Shown: in pieces, positions 18,250-32,323 of the stretch | Layout: the number at the start of each line of letters is the position of its first letter | Position numbering within the stretch: position 1 is the stretch's first letter | NCBI RefSeq assembly: GCF_006345805.1 | Contig: NC_043003.1 | Coordinates: 81,902,001 to 81,966,000, forward strand | Direction of reading: 5' to 3' | Source of the DNA: Octopus sinensis | Taxonomy: Eukaryota | DNA length: 64,000 nucleotides | Made by a program: the position numbers and the translations under genes | Notes under the pieces: generated by a model | Database searches by the model: none | Told to the model about the DNA's origin: nothing | Seen by the model: the letters and a program-made list of their open reading frames with translations, nothing else

Positions 18250-19470
18250 TGTAAATTCATGATTGAATTAAATTGAATTAATTAAATATCAATGTACTCT
18301 TCAGTGCAGGAAGTAGAAACCATAATACAAGCAGAAAATTTTGAACAAGGAGATTCATATTCTTACCCGTATAAGAAAGGGATGCAAGTCTTATCGTATA
18401 TTTAACCATATCTAACGGCTTCAACGGTTATATGAAGATATAGGTAAAGAGGTATCACAGACGTTCCCTCTATAGATAAGTATGTAAATTAAAAATTTTA
18501 ACTCCAAATAAGTAGCGTAGTGCAAATAATTATAGAAACGTCCAGTGGAAAGACACTCCTAGGTTTGAATTAAAATATGAACTAACCGTTGAAATCATTA
18601 GTTAGTATAATGTGTTTTTTAAAACCTTTCTGTACCTAAGAATGAAGTTTAGCGTGAAGAGGGGGTATATAAGAAGCTGATAGTAGATAGTTAACGTAAA
18701 GAAATGTTAGGAGAAATAAAGGGATAAGACAGAGTTAAAGACAGAATATATGATGTATATAAGGGACTCATATTTGCATAAAATATCATATTAGGAAATA
18801 CGTATTAATAACAAAAGCATGAAAGATAAGTAATAACAAAAACGGTTGTTAATAGTACAATTAAAGTAGTATGTACTTCTTCTGTCTATAAAGATGAAAA
18901 AAGGAAAATTGAAATGGGAAATAAACATAAGTATACTAAAATATTACATAAATGTAGGGGAGATTCATGAGCGGAGGAGGAGAAGATTAAAAAAAAAATT
19001 GATAAAACTTAGGATATTGATGTGTTAAGTTATACAGTAGGTTTGTTTTAGTATATATAAAAAAGATTACTTTAGAAGTGATGATCTATCTTAGTATTAT
19101 CTGAGAAGGATATTATGTGAGAAGGATATGTAATGATAGTAAGGTCGTAGTGGTATTCAAATTGTAGGTGTGTAGTACCAGTATGAATATAAGAAAAAGT
19201 ACAAGTAGAAGGGTACGCAAAAGTGTACAAAAATTTACTTGGAAATACATGCCTAGCGTTCAATCAAATAAATATATATATTAGAAGGTTTGGAGATGAT
19301 GTACAGGTATTTTATATTAGAAGAAATGAGGTACTCAGAAATTCAGATGGTTTTGTAGTTACAGATGTTTATTTGTATATTACATGTTTTTATGCATCAT
19401 ATAATTTAGATCATATATTATTGCTTTCTCCCATTCTAGTGGGGTTTTCAAATCGAACTTAGTTCCTGTG
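18250..19470 (-). mobile_element. Highly decayed APE/RT LINE fragment (possibly I/Jockey group)
   Basis: Reverse strand TFSYIHTGTTH...YDLTIIT...KIDHHF resembles an APE C-terminus. YTIRLASLSYTGK resembles the RT YRPISLLS..GK motif. Many stops. Confidence 0.45.
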
Positions 19471-19971
19471 AAAAAGTTTTGACCATTTTATAGTGTTATT
19501 GAGTGTGTAGTGGTGGGGAGGGATATAAGATAGTACAAGAGGGTGATGAATGGAGAGAAAGTGAGAGAGAGAGAGAGCATGTGTGCGTGGGAGAAAAGGG
19601 AGAGAGGGAAGAAGAAAAAATTGTTTTGCTGGTTCCTTTTATAGTTGGTCAGGATTTTTACTCCAAGGGGGGTCTAAGATCTAGGGGAAAAGAATTTAAG
19701 TTTTGACCATTTTATAGTGTTATTGAGTGTGTAGTGGCGGGGAGGGATATAAGATATCTCTTGTACTATCTTATATAGTACTATCTCATACTTGTACTAT
19801 CCTATATCCCTGCCCGCCACTACACACAAAAAAAAAATGGCCAGATAACCGAAGAGATTCCACCTCGGCATCCGAAACTTGGCTACTGAATAATTGTCAC
19901 ATTATTTCACAGATAAATTCCTCTAGTTACATAATATTGAGGTATCTTTCTTTCTTTTGTTATCTTACCGT

Positions 19972-20035
<64 letters not shown>

Positions 20036-20302
20036 GGTGACGTTGCTGATTAAACAGCTTTATTGTTTCGAAGCAGCTAATTACACAGTTTACAAAACTT
20101 TTCCTTTTTTATTTTATGCTTTGGCTCTTTGATCAGTACATTTTATTTCTTACTTGCTTCCGTCTAGAAATCACAGGAAGTGACAACTCTTCCCTTCAAA
20201 TTTTGCTTTTGTGACCTGGACACTAATGGTTTGAAACCGACCTATTCTTCATTACATTTCATACAGATTCAGTGATGAGGTGTGGATGCAGGTATATCAT
20301 TA

Positions 20303-20470
20303 CAGCAAATATTCTACTCAGTACCACAGATTTGTTTGTCAGTCGCCTGACCTTAACTCCTTCAGCACATCCCTTACTGACTGAACATATGTGCATCTCT
20401 GGTCATGAGTAGGAGTAATAACGGAACATCATAGCCATGTGTTGAGAGGGTTTCTCTTGGGTTTGAATAA
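20303..20470 (+). mobile_element. Decayed internal fragment of the 555-bp element
   Basis: tacagcaaatattctactcagtaccacagatttg...gccatgtgttgagaggg matches about 17780-17945. Confidence 0.7.
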
Positions 20471-20639
20471 ATGTTACAAAAGCAAAATTTAAGGTAAATA
20501 GAAATTACTCATCCGTTTTAAGGGTAAGCAAATAGGAAATTGCAGTTACTACCCAAGGACAAAAATCATGTTTCCCAGTATTGTAACACTTCTGTACGGA
20601 TTATATATCTTATTATTCTTATTCTTTTTAAATTTCTAG

Positions 20640-20831
20640 TTATCTGGCACGCTTCGGAACGTCGGACACGGGATTGTAATGGACATCAATACTACAAATG
20701 CTGATGTTGTGAACATTAGTGAAGGTCCTCTTTCTTATGTATATAGAGCCTATGAAATAAAGCTACGCTATGCTAACAACGACAGTAAAGGCTCAGAACA
20801 CACTATAAATGGGAATCATTTTGTTGGAGAG
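20640..20831 (+). CDS. CA10-like: Internal exon of an alpha-carbonic anhydrase-related protein (CA10/CA11-like, probably acatalytic)
   Basis: Acceptor ...attctttttaaatttctag| and donor GAG|gtcagt; 192 nt, phase 0-0. Translates LSGTLRNVGHGIVMDINTTNADVVNISEGPLSYVYRAYEIKLRYANNDSKGSEHTINGNHFVGE, matching the alpha-CA N-G-H, VNIS-GP-Y, GSEH and F-GE motifs as recalled for CA10/CA11. Confidence 0.92.
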
Positions 20832-21044
20832 GTCAGTATCTTTTACATTTCAATCTTTGCGTTTTCAGTGAATTAAGTTTATTGAAATTAATAGAAAATG
20901 CTTTTATTCTAAATAAAAAATAAAATACTGAGTTTATAATATCAAAATTATAAACAAGCATAAACATCTTTGAAGATAAGTGGAATCAGTAAGTAAAATG
21001 TTTAAGAATATACGTTTAAAGTTTTATAATATTTAGCACTACAA

Positions 21045-21275
21045 GACGGTGAGGTGGCAGAATTGTTAGCACGCTGGGAAAATGCTTAGTACCATTTGGT
21101 CCAACTTTACGTTGTGAGTTCAAATTTCGCTGAGGTCAACTTCGTCTTTCATCCTTTCGAGGTCGATAAAATATATACATTCGGATCGATGTAATTGAGC
21201 ACTCGGATTGATGTGATTGTCTTACCCACTCCACCGAAAATGTTGGCTTTTTGCCAAGATTTGAAACCAAAATAT
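21045..21275 (+). mobile_element. SINE of the ggtgagctggcagaatc family
   Basis: gacggtgaggtggcagaattgttagc...gagttcaaatt...tcatcctttcgaggtcgata. Further copies or fragments at 1738-1883 (+), 4255-4432 (-), 10735-10810 (+), 29400-29520 (+), 41655-41815 (+) and 59900-60075 (-). Confidence 0.75.
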
Positions 21276-23811
21276 TGTACAAATAAAATAATCATTCTTC
21301 AAGCAATTTCATCTTCATATAGCTTTATGCTTGTAGCTAAGATCTGTTTCGTAAAGCTACAACTAATTATTGTTGAGGTTATGAGTAAATATGAAGATAA
21401 GAGATTAAGTCATTTACTGTATTTACTTATTATATCGATTCGGTAAATAAAGTAGGGGTCATGTATTAAAGCTATTATACTTCTCTCCCTAAGTTGGAAA
21501 GCCTAGAGCAAGTTTTAGAAACACCTATCAGGTTTAAATTGATGTATTTAATCATCAATCAATAACACTGAATGTCTAATGATGTGAAATGTATTATTAA
21601 ATTAAGTAAAGTATTGTTTTAGGAATTTTGAAAAATGTTTGATAAATTGCTGAAACTATTCCTTTAATAGTATAAATGTCTTCTTTTTAATCATGTTAAT
21701 CAAAACACGTTCGATGTTAATAATTGTTATTGATCTTATTTCAAAGTCGAGGTGAGATTATGAATGGCGTCAACAGCAGTGAAAGATATGAAACTAACAT
21801 ATAATTAATACAGCAATAGATCTAACGATAGCTTAATAAGGGTTTCTCTGTATAGCTACACGAAATTTTGAATGAATAGAAACGTCATACCAAATAAAGC
21901 ATAGACCATCAATTTTCGTCTATCACCTTAGTTTTTCACAAAATACTCAAGTATTTGGTGCACCAAATGAGTTACTTTGATGCACAATAAATGAAAAGAT
22001 GGAATGCTAGTTCTGAGAGAACGGTATTATTGTTGTGCTCATACTATAATGAATTTGCAGTATAGACGTAGGATAGATATAACTCTGATTAAAATAGAGT
22101 GTTAAAACGTTTCAGAGATTAAGCAGTACTCACGCTATCGAAACCAAGACGTTGGACAACAAACTCTATTTCGGTGTTATTCTGAAGTTATAAATCAGAG
22201 TGAGGGACATAAAAAAGGGCTTCTATGTTATGATAGCTGACAACACTGTTATGCGTAACGCATTCACTAGTGAATATAAGATTGCATGTTTCTAAAATAA
22301 TATATTTTTATGTTGTGTAATACACAATATAATACAGCACCTCAATGCAATATGTAAAGTGAAATAGTGAACATTAAAACACAGTAAGCTATTCCATTCT
22401 TCCCTTTATGCTGTTTAACTATCATTTATTACCTCCCTTCCTAACTCTAATCAAATGATTTCCTTTATATTATTTGCGGTATTTATGAAACTTGAAATAC
22501 AATATTGACACAAATGCAATCATGTTTCTATAGTGCCGTTTCAATACGAAGTTTACACTACGAAATATTTTCTGCATATACATAAAGCAAGTGATGTTTA
22601 ACTGCGAAGAGTATAGAAGTGGTTAACGTCGATAGTCCACGGATAGAAAGAATCAATGTAAGTCGATACTACAAATATTGGATATCTACAATAGGAGTAC
22701 ACATCAATGAAATTAATATATTTTATACCACCAAACAGTACAAAAAAGTTTGAACAGGCAGATTTCTATTAATAAATATTTAATGATTTCAGATGATTCC
22801 TTGGCCATAATGAAATACCAGCGCGATACCGGATTCGAATATCTGAAATATGTGTAAAGTTTTGCGTGATAACCCAATTAGAATTGCATCATATTTATGC
22901 GTAGCGTATATCAACAATTATGGAACAACATATAGCATATTGATTAAAACAAACTGTGAATACTATATCTATTGAAAGGTTGTTTTAGATTGAACTAGTG
23001 TCCTAAATGGAAGATTAATTGCATCCCGTTTAATTTAATTTTACAACTGTTCAAATTATTATGAATATAATAGATAAATTATGTATAGCGCACATTACAA
23101 TTATTAAATAGATAGGTCGATTTTGTTATTTAAAATTTTAATGATATCTTTATTCCGGTAAAATATTTTAAATGAACGGTTCGATACACAATAAAGACTA
23201 AATCGATGAATATCATCATGAAGGCAACGGCACTTTGAAAGGCTTTCCTTCAACTTTGTCTAATTGCATTAACTTTATACTTGATTCAATTATATCTTTC
23301 TATCGACTGTTTTCAATTGAGATATATAGTGGCTTTTTTAACACATTGTTTCTTAGTTTGTTTTATTAGGCTGGTGTATCAAAAAAAAGGAAACAAATTA
23401 ATTTCAAACTTTAAAATGTATGCAGAGTTTTAATATTTAACACCATTTATTTTTTTAAATCTTTAATTAGAACTTTTTTATACATTTTCTCAACTACTTA
23501 TATATCGCCATTTTATTGTTATATATAGGAAAAACGTTGATGTAATTATATTTGTTTAAAACTTTGAAATTAAAAATAGATAAAACAAGCTATATACCAT
23601 TAAAGTGAGATTGGGCGAAACATTAGTATGTCAGAAAAAATATATATTTCTAATTTCTGTTTTGTATATTTTGCACATATCTGTGAATAGGCTTATGTGC
23701 ATTATTCATACATATATATATATATACACGTGTCTGTGTATGGAGAAAGAGATAGTGAGAGGGTATATATGTAGTATAAAATAACGTACCTAGCATATGT
23801 GTGCATGTATG

Positions 23812-23846
<35 letters not shown>

Positions 23847-23895
23847 GCGTGTGTGTGTTAATGTGTGTATATATATATAAATACTTATATATACA

Positions 23896-23986
<91 letters not shown>

Positions 23987-23999
23987 TGTGTATATTCGT

Positions 24000-24480
24000 A
24001 TGGCTGTGTATATTTAGGGCATCTCTCATACCGTGCCTTTTACAGCTGCAAACTGGAACTTAACTGTTTTTGATCGCCAGCTGTTGAGTCCTCTACATTG
24101 CATTCCCTTACGGATATAATATTTTGCCATCATACCAAAAATCAATACGTTGTGTGGAATATTTTCATGAAAGAAAACTATGAATGCGCTCGAACATGAC
24201 ACAGGGTGACCAATTTAGAAATGGACAATATCATGGAGAGAACAAAATCTGTCTGTGAGCCTCTAGGCCATCAATGAATGGCAACTCTTGTGGATAATAC
24301 ATGTAAAATGGTGTCAAACACGAGAAAACCCAAACTGGCCTTTTAGAGTGATCTTACACAAAATAACCATCCAAAGGTGCACATAAGAAACCCTTTCATG
24401 ATTGTATCAGGAAGATTATGCCATTACTCAACATACATCCTAGCACATGAGAATAGTTAGTTGAAAACATAATAACTCGA
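24000..24480 (+). pseudogene. Decayed RTE-clade LINE C-terminal fragment
   Basis: With frameshifts: LYGYNILPSYQKSIRCVEYFHERKL ~ LYGCETW..Y.RHIK.LERFHQRCL; QLLWIIHV ~ QLRWAGHV; NTRKPKLAF ~ DTRLPKQ. Confidence 0.5.
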
Positions 24481-25039
24481 GACAGGCATGGAGGCGAAAA
24501 AGCTGTTCTGAAGCACATTGAGCATTGATAATATCAAGAGAAAAAAAAACAGAAAGCAGTAAAAAATTCATTAACGACTTCTGGGAAAACAATGATCTCC
24601 TATTCATTGGCGATTTTTTTATCAAATGGTTCATCTCAAACGCCGGAAACTACAGAGAGAAGAGATGGGAATATCAAAAAGATCATTAGAGAGATAACTT
24701 GCAAAATCTTTGGTAAAGAGGAAAAGTTAACATGTGTAAATATTAGACTAAATTACTATACACAGAGCTCTGTGTTATTTACAGTTACCTGCCCATAAAT
24801 GTGTATGTGTGTGTGCGAGCGCATGTTTTGCCGTTTCGCTTTATAAATAAGAAAAGTAAATTGATAACATTAAACGTAACATCGTTAATTTATTGTATTG
24901 AATCAGAATAACCATGTAGTTACTGAAAGGTGTAGAAGTACTCCTGTAGAATCCACACAAAAAATAATTACATACACGTTTATCGTTCTCAGTCCGTATA
25001 AGTGTGTTTAGGAAATATTTTAGCTACTTCGACAAATCT

Positions 25040-25260
25040 TGAACATTGTCTACGACATTGTGGCACCTTGAGAAAGCGTCTTCTAATAAAGCCTCACGTC
25101 AATCAAATCCTTGTGAGTGGATTTGAGAGACGGAAACCGAAAAATGCATATCGTTTATATATATATATATACATGTATGTGTGTGTGAGTGTGTGTGTAT
25201 ATAAACGTTATCTCCCTTGGCTGTACAAACGTGCAATTTATTTGTAGACACTGTTACAAT
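25040..25260 (+). mobile_element. Partial SINE, same family as 5515-5945
   Basis: tgtggcaccttgagaaagcgtcttct...ccttgtgagtggatttgagagacggaaac followed by (TA)/(TG). Confidence 0.6.
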
Positions 25261-25431
25261 AATCACTCAAATAATCATCTTTATATTGTTGCTATGCGTA
25301 GATATTTACGTTTATATGGCCATTTTTTATATATAAACATAGACGTCATAAATGTTGCAGCATGAAATTAAAGAAAAATTAAAACAAAATAAAATATAAA
25401 AGTCCACGTATGCAGGATTTTGAATGACTAA

Positions 25432-26623
25432 TACGATGGTCGGTTGAGAAATTCATAGGCTGAGATGCTCCTCATGGAATATGACAAAATTTTATTTTCC
25501 ACAGTCCTCCTGGACCATACAAATCTTTCATCCATGTTGTAGTGCGTAGACCTCATGGTTGAAGAAGCTTTCATCGTGTTAGTTAAAAAAAGTCATCACT
25601 GCGATACTGGTTTCAGCCATAGGGAACAGATGATAGATGGGGCCGAATAAGGAGAATAGGAAAGGTAATCAACTAGTTCAAAACCACAGTGACAAACATC
25701 GAAGATTTGTATACTGGAGCAATGTCCAGATGAAACAAATCCCCTTTCGTCTGTCTTCCTGGACGTTTGGTCATGATAGCCCTTCGTTACTGCCTCTGCA
25801 AGTTGGCATATTACTTTTCAATGACGGTGTGGCACTTCTGAATATAGTCAATAAGCACAGTAACATTTGTAACCCAAACAACTGAGGACCTCAACTTTCT
25901 TTGCGTCAGGTAGGGACGCGTGCTTCCATTGCAAGGATATTCTCTTTGCCTCTGACTCAAAGACATGAATCCAAAAATCATCATGGCTTAGGGAATGTTG
26001 AAAGAAACAAGTTGCATCGGCCTCAAAGAATGTCAGATTTTGTTGTGATGTGAACAGCTTGGTGCACTTTTGATCAGGTATCAGAAGACATGGCACCTAC
26101 TTTTGTTGTGCCAAGTTCATTGTTCAGAATATTCTTAGCTCTCTCTATATGGTTATAGCATTGTCTATTTGAATTATAGTCAATCGCTTGTCATCCATCT
26201 CTATGTGCTAAACACCATCAATATTTTCTTCGGTGGTGGCACTTGTAGGACCTCGAGGCCTTAGGTCACCTGAAAAACCCTCCCTTCCCCTTCAAAATTC
26301 CTTTGTCAAACTTTGCACTGTTGATAAAGCTGGAGTGTCATCCCCTACTATACCAACCACGTTGACATAAATGTCTTTGGGAACTAAACCCTTTTTCTGC
26401 AGGTACTTGATAACACAACGATGCCAAATTTTGTTTATTTCCAAAAGAGATCCCTACTGTTACATTTGAAGCCTACTTTAAACAGTCAGATGCCAGGTTA
26501 TCTAGACGAAAACGATGGAGCTGTTATGAAGAACAGCTGAAATTAAGGCAGGCAAAATTTCATGTCTATAACAGAGTTCCTTCATATTCGATCTATGAAT
26601 TTTTTCATCCCGCTCTCTTTGTA
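25432..26623 (-). mobile_element. Decayed mariner transposon
   Basis: Imperfect TIRs (tacgatggtcggttgagaaattcatagg / ctatgaattttttcatcccgctctctttgta). Reverse-strand SQQNLTFFEAD...HDDFWIHVFESEAKRISLQWKH is the first-D region of a mariner transposase. Confidence 0.75.
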
Positions 26624-29600
26624 CATATTACTGTTTTTGAAGTAGAAATGTATAGTGCATATAGTTCCGTACGCGCACGTACAGACGCAAACGCACACAG
26701 ATAGACACACACATACACACATTTATATGTATGCATGCATATATGTACGTATTTATGCATCTATCTATGTATATATGTATGCTATATATGCACAAAAATA
26801 TTTCCACATATTCTGTTTCAGAAACAGCTAACGTGTGAACATTTGTCAACAAAAATTTTAGAGGAAGCAGGAATGTCGTAATTATATGCGATGTCGTCTC
26901 AGAATAATTTATTATGATACCTGTGGGGATGTCTTAGTGTTATAAATGTTTTACAAAGTATATAAATTTGCTTCCTTAAAATGTGTCCATTTCACACTAC
27001 ATCAGTGAGACGTGTTGTGTTAGAATAACATCCCTGAAAAGACACAGTATACAATTTGTGATTCAACATTTAATTTAATTAAAATTGTGGATTTCCCGTT
27101 ATAAACTTAGATTCCATTAATGTTATTATTAGGTACTTACAACATTCGATTATTTCTTTCAAAAGCAACCAAATAAAGAATTTTTGACAGGATTTGCCCT
27201 TTACTGCTTTCATACAAGGTTACCTTTATCAATGCGTATTTGAATCAATGCGTATTGCAGATGTAGTTATTTTGGTTAGATGATGTGTGCAACATCAAAT
27301 CTAATAACCATATATGGTTACACAAAAAGTGTACGATGATGTTAATGATCGCTCTTTAGGAGTATTTTAACTTCAAAAGGAACTAAAGCTAACTAAGCTA
27401 ACTTTTAAGAATAAACCTGTTATTCTGTAATTAGTAGCATTTCAAGAAAATAAGAGTATGAATTCAGAAATGTTTATGATTGGAGACAAACAGAGAATAT
27501 TTCTGTGTCAATTCCCAAATAATTTTAACACTATGAATCGAATTTTATTTTGAAAGAATCATTTGTAAAACCGAACGGGGAAAATGGTTTTTATCTTCAC
27601 AATGAGATTTCTTTGTTTTTATTCAGACAATGATTCAAAACAACTCGCTTGTAAAGGGCAACGGCTCCAGTATTATTTGCTCCTTTCCGTTAATAATTGA
27701 GAAGATCACCGAAAGAAAATATAAAGAGAATTCATATTCAAATATGACTAAATAAAATTACTTGTAGTGTAAATACATTAACTCCATATGACCTCCAAAA
27801 TTATATGAACAAGTCTTGTTTTTGAAGTTAATAAAACCTTTGAACGATCATCTAATATTGATGATGATTGAAATACATCATAACTCACGTAAGTTTAATT
27901 CAGAGCTATGTTTATATGTTATGTAAATTGTCTAAATATTACACAATGATGTACCTAATAGACTGTTTCAAAATAGAAATGTTAAATGTTGATAAAAGGA
28001 ATAAAGACAGAAATCAAATCGTTGAATATATTATCACAACGTTATTCAAAGTAAAATCAATATAATTTTCATATTTAAAGATAGGAGTTTCACCAACATA
28101 TGTATGAATTGAGGGACTCGATCGTCATGCAGCATATTCCTGCTTATGATGATGCTTAATTTTTGGTTGGCTCTAAATATTTCAGCTAATTGCCCTATAT
28201 TTCACCTTAAGTGTCCCAATAATCAGCTAGTGCTATGACCATTGCTTTAATCTTATTTTTTAAAAATGAATTAAAGAAACGGTGAAAAGACGAAATCTCT
28301 TGTGTTCTTGGTGATAACCGCAATGCTCTATACCCAACTAGCAATGCTTTACAAAATTTTCGATATTTCACACAGCTGTAATAATGTGCTTGCTAAGAAT
28401 GTGTTTCAAGCAGTAACTGTAAGAAAAAATAGAAACATGATACCATATTTATCTTCAGTAAACAGGATTGTTTTCTCAGATGCGAAATCATGTTCGGGCC
28501 CCGTATTGTCTCAATAAATATGTTTTCATTGAGAAGAATTTTTTGTTATCTTTCGCATTCTAAATCCATGCATCTTATGTTTGCAATAATGATAAACATA
28601 CCAAAGCTGATAAACAAAAGCAGTAGAATTGAAATATATGCTGCCTTACGCATGTCATTCGAAAAGTTAGACTTTGTCATATAGAACAGAACATAAGTCA
28701 GCTCTGTCTCAACAAGATGCACGAAAAATATATTGCACCCCTGTGAATACACATAACACAAAAAAATGTTGTTCTATAGCAAAGTATCAATTATTTCGTA
28801 TACAATGTTTTGAAGCATCAGTTACTAGGAGGCACTGTATTTGTTCCTCCTTTTTACCACAACCATTTTTCTGTCTCACCACTTTGACAATCTACTCAGT
28901 AATTTACAAGTTTATCCCAATTTACATCATTTCAATTCCCTGCATTCCCATTAGCCTCTGTTGTCATCAGCCGAAATAACGTTAACTGCTTCGACGTCGA
29001 CATTTTGGGAGAGCCTATAAAAATTAACTCTTGATGATTTCCTTCTTTTCCGTACTAAATGATTATTTGACGAAAATAATGCACTATACATGTATACGGT
29101 AAGACTGGAATCAATTAAATGGACAACTGTGAATTACATGAGAAACTGACAAAATATATTAGGCTGATTAATTTCGCAGGAGAACATAAACAGACATGAT
29201 TCAATTTTGCAGATCGTTCAGTACGCTACACCATCATTGACGTCATTTACCATTCATTTTGTATGACTGAATGAAAATCCTACTATGCATTGAAGCACTT
29301 AAAATGCAGCGACATTTGTCTGATACAGTTAATTGTTGGGAGGATACACTCTGTCTATCTGATAATTACAATTGCCAAATCTAGATGTGATTATATAATC
29401 ATGAACTGGACGACTTGGTATAGCGTCGGATAAAATACCAAGCGGTATCCGCCTACCGTCTTTGAAGTTCTCAGTTCAAATCCAGCTTAGGTCTTCTTTG
29501 ACTTACATGCTTCCGGTGCTGAAGAACATTCATGCACATACGCATGTACATATACACACTCACATATATAATATAAAAGATACAAACATTGGCACGCCTT

Positions 29601-30149
29601 CCGAGTATTTGCGAATTTAACACGTAAATATAATAACAATCTATCAATTTTGTCTGGTATACTTCCACAAGTTAGCGGGGAAGATACTTATAGCATGCTT
29701 GGAAGGAGAATGCCAAGGTTCTTAACACTGAATGAATTCATATAAAGTGTGCTAAAATTCCTAGATACTTAAAGCATTATCAGATCAAGAAGCATGTTAA
29801 AGTGAAGAATGAAAAATTCGATGTTGTCAAGTTTAACTTTACAAGTTTCATACAAGTTTCACATGAAGATAACTCTAAACTAAAATTGTGCATCAGTATT
29901 TGTGATATTTTATCATTGAATTTAACATCAAATATCTGGTAGTGGAAATAGATATTATGATATGCTCCCTCAGTTTCGCTGTTCATTTGATGATAAAGAC
30001 TAGAAAGTGTTTAGTAATTGCTCGTGTTCCCAAAATCTATTAAGATATCGACGCAAAGCTTTAGTCTTTTGGAGAAAACGGGCAGGGCAAAAATGTTCGG
30101 ATTTTTAAGATCTTTGTACTTCTATCAAACGTTATGTAGCAGCAGAAGT

Positions 30150-31382
30150 AAAAGCGTAACAGAGGAGTAGAAAAGTTTAACTGAATCGTTTAAAAAACCT
30201 TTAAGTAGAGTTCGAATGTGTTGGTAGATTCTTTGTTTTCCTGGCCTGCAATGTGACTTTGGAACTATAGCATAAAAGTAATTCGCGAAAAGTAAAAGGG
30301 AACAAAATGTAATGCATGGTTTTCGCAGAAAATTTGTACGAGAAATTCCAAAGCTGTAAGAACAAATTCTTTTCATCTAGTCAATCAAAATAGTTGTTTT
30401 TATAGTAGTTAAAACTGCACCGTGATTTATGAACTGCTAGAAGGATGACGAAGAGAAGATATGTGCTGTGCTTAGTTGGCAGAGAAGGTTGTCAATCTGA
30501 CATCTCTTGGTAGCATCAGTGTTGCTTGGTCGGAAAGCATTGTACTCACTAGTCTCGAAAGTGAGTGTACAACAAGACAAGCTGTATGTAAAATATGTGT
30601 GCGTGAAAAGCTCGACAAATGGATACCACACGATTTGAATGAAAATCAGAAATTGCACCGATATGAAATTTCCTCGTCGCTTCTCCTCCGTAACCAACCC
30701 GATCCATTTCTGGAACGTATCGTAACTTGCAACGAAGAGTGGACTCTGTACAATATTAACAAAAACATTCTTCGTAATGACTGGACAAAAAAGGAAGCAC
30801 CGAAAACCTTCCCTAAACTCGAGCTCTTCAAAATGAAGGTTGTGGTGACTGTTTTGTGGTGTACTCCTGGTCTCATCCCCTATAACTTCTTAAGACCCGA
30901 AAAAAAACATTATTGCAGAAACATATTGCCATGAACTTGCCAAAATGTACGAAATACTGCTTATCCTCCGTCTCAGACTGGTCAACAGAGGAGGGCAAAT
31001 CTTTCTTCCTGACAATGCTCGGCCACACGTTTTACTTATGAATCTCCAGAAGTTGAGGGAACTTCGCTACGAAGTTCTTCTCCACTCAGCTTATTCTCCA
31101 GACCTTTCTCCTACCGAATACCACATTTTCAATCACCTTGATGGTTTCCTGCGGGAAGACAGAGTTCAAATATGAAACTGATGCTGAAAGTGCATTCAAA
31201 GTGTTCATCAGCTTCAGAAATCCAGATTTTTTTTTTACCGGAACAAACAAGCTTTTAACTGGTTGGCAAATATATGCTGATTGTAATGGTACTTACTTTG
31301 ATGAATATAATTTCCACATTGTTGAAATATATTCTGATGAATTTCATGTTTCAAAACGTTGCTTAATTTTTACTCAGCCTGG
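30150..31382 (+). mobile_element. Decayed mariner (DD34D) transposon
   Basis: WIPHDL (WVPHEL motif), FLERIVTCNEEW, LPDNARPH and YSPDLSPTEYH. The right end gcttaatttttactcagcctgg looks like a TIR; the left end is uncertain. Confidence 0.85.
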
Positions 31383-32227
31383 TGTATGTGTGTATGTGTG
31401 TGTGTGTGTGTGCGTGTTTGTATGTGTGTCTGTGTGTGTGTTTTGTCTTTGTATATAAATATGTGTGTGTGTGTGTGCTTGTTTGTATGTGTGTCTGTGT
31501 GTGTGTTTTTTCTTTGTATATAAATATGTGTGTGTGTGTTATACTATGTCTACAGCCAATAACTGTTCCTGCTAATGTGATATTGAAAATGTATATTTAC
31601 AGAATATCCTCTTATCAATTATTGCTTTTGTTGAAGAACTATGGAGTGCATTAGCGTGTAAAATAATAATAAAAAATAATAAATATCAGCAATGTCTCCT
31701 AATTAAATTGGATTTGAATTACTTTACGTATATAAATTTTTATAGTGCTTCACTCTATGAATTGCTCTGACAAATAACACTGTTCCTCTCTTATTAAAGT
31801 AATTTCAAACAATCAAAAAGTGCAAACGATCAAAGTTCTGTTCAACTCTGATCCAAAGAAAAAGTTTAATCCAATGAAAGGAAAAAATACCAAAAGAATA
31901 ATGTGTTAATTTAAAATAGATTGAGTGGAAAATCGATATAATTTGTTTGTGTCGATCGATTAAGCAGAATGCGTTTAAACCTTTGATTCTCTCCGGCATC
32001 GTTGTGCTATCTCACACATTCTGATGTTGACAGGCCTATTTGTACTCAATATCTCTTTCTGTTCTTATATGCTTAAATAATCAATGTATATTTATATACG
32101 TTATTATTTCATTTCATTTCCAGCAATTATTAAGAAATTCTCTATTGTATGTATTTATTTATTTATTTCTAATGTTCGTTATTCCCAATAACTTTCAAAT
32201 ATTATTAATAATTCATTTCTGTTGCAG

Positions 32228-32323
32228 ATACAAATAATGGCATATAATGTTGACCTCTATCCAACGCCCAAAAATGCATCACAGCGAGTTAAAGGAATGG
32301 CAATATTAACAGCATTTCTTGAA
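32228..32323 (+). CDS. CA10-like: Next exon of the same carbonic anhydrase-related protein
   Basis: Acceptor ...ttcatttctgttgcag| and donor GAA|gtatgt; 96 nt, phase 0-0. Translates IQIMAYNVDLYPTPKNASQRVKGMAILTAFLE, co-linear with CA10 [32 protein letters not shown] and in frame with the previous exon. Confidence 0.88.

Noticed and set aside
19849-19885. ccgaaga...ccgaaac as a fourth hammerhead
   Set aside because: No NUH triplet in register and no stem I; kept only as a weak Penelope-like hint.
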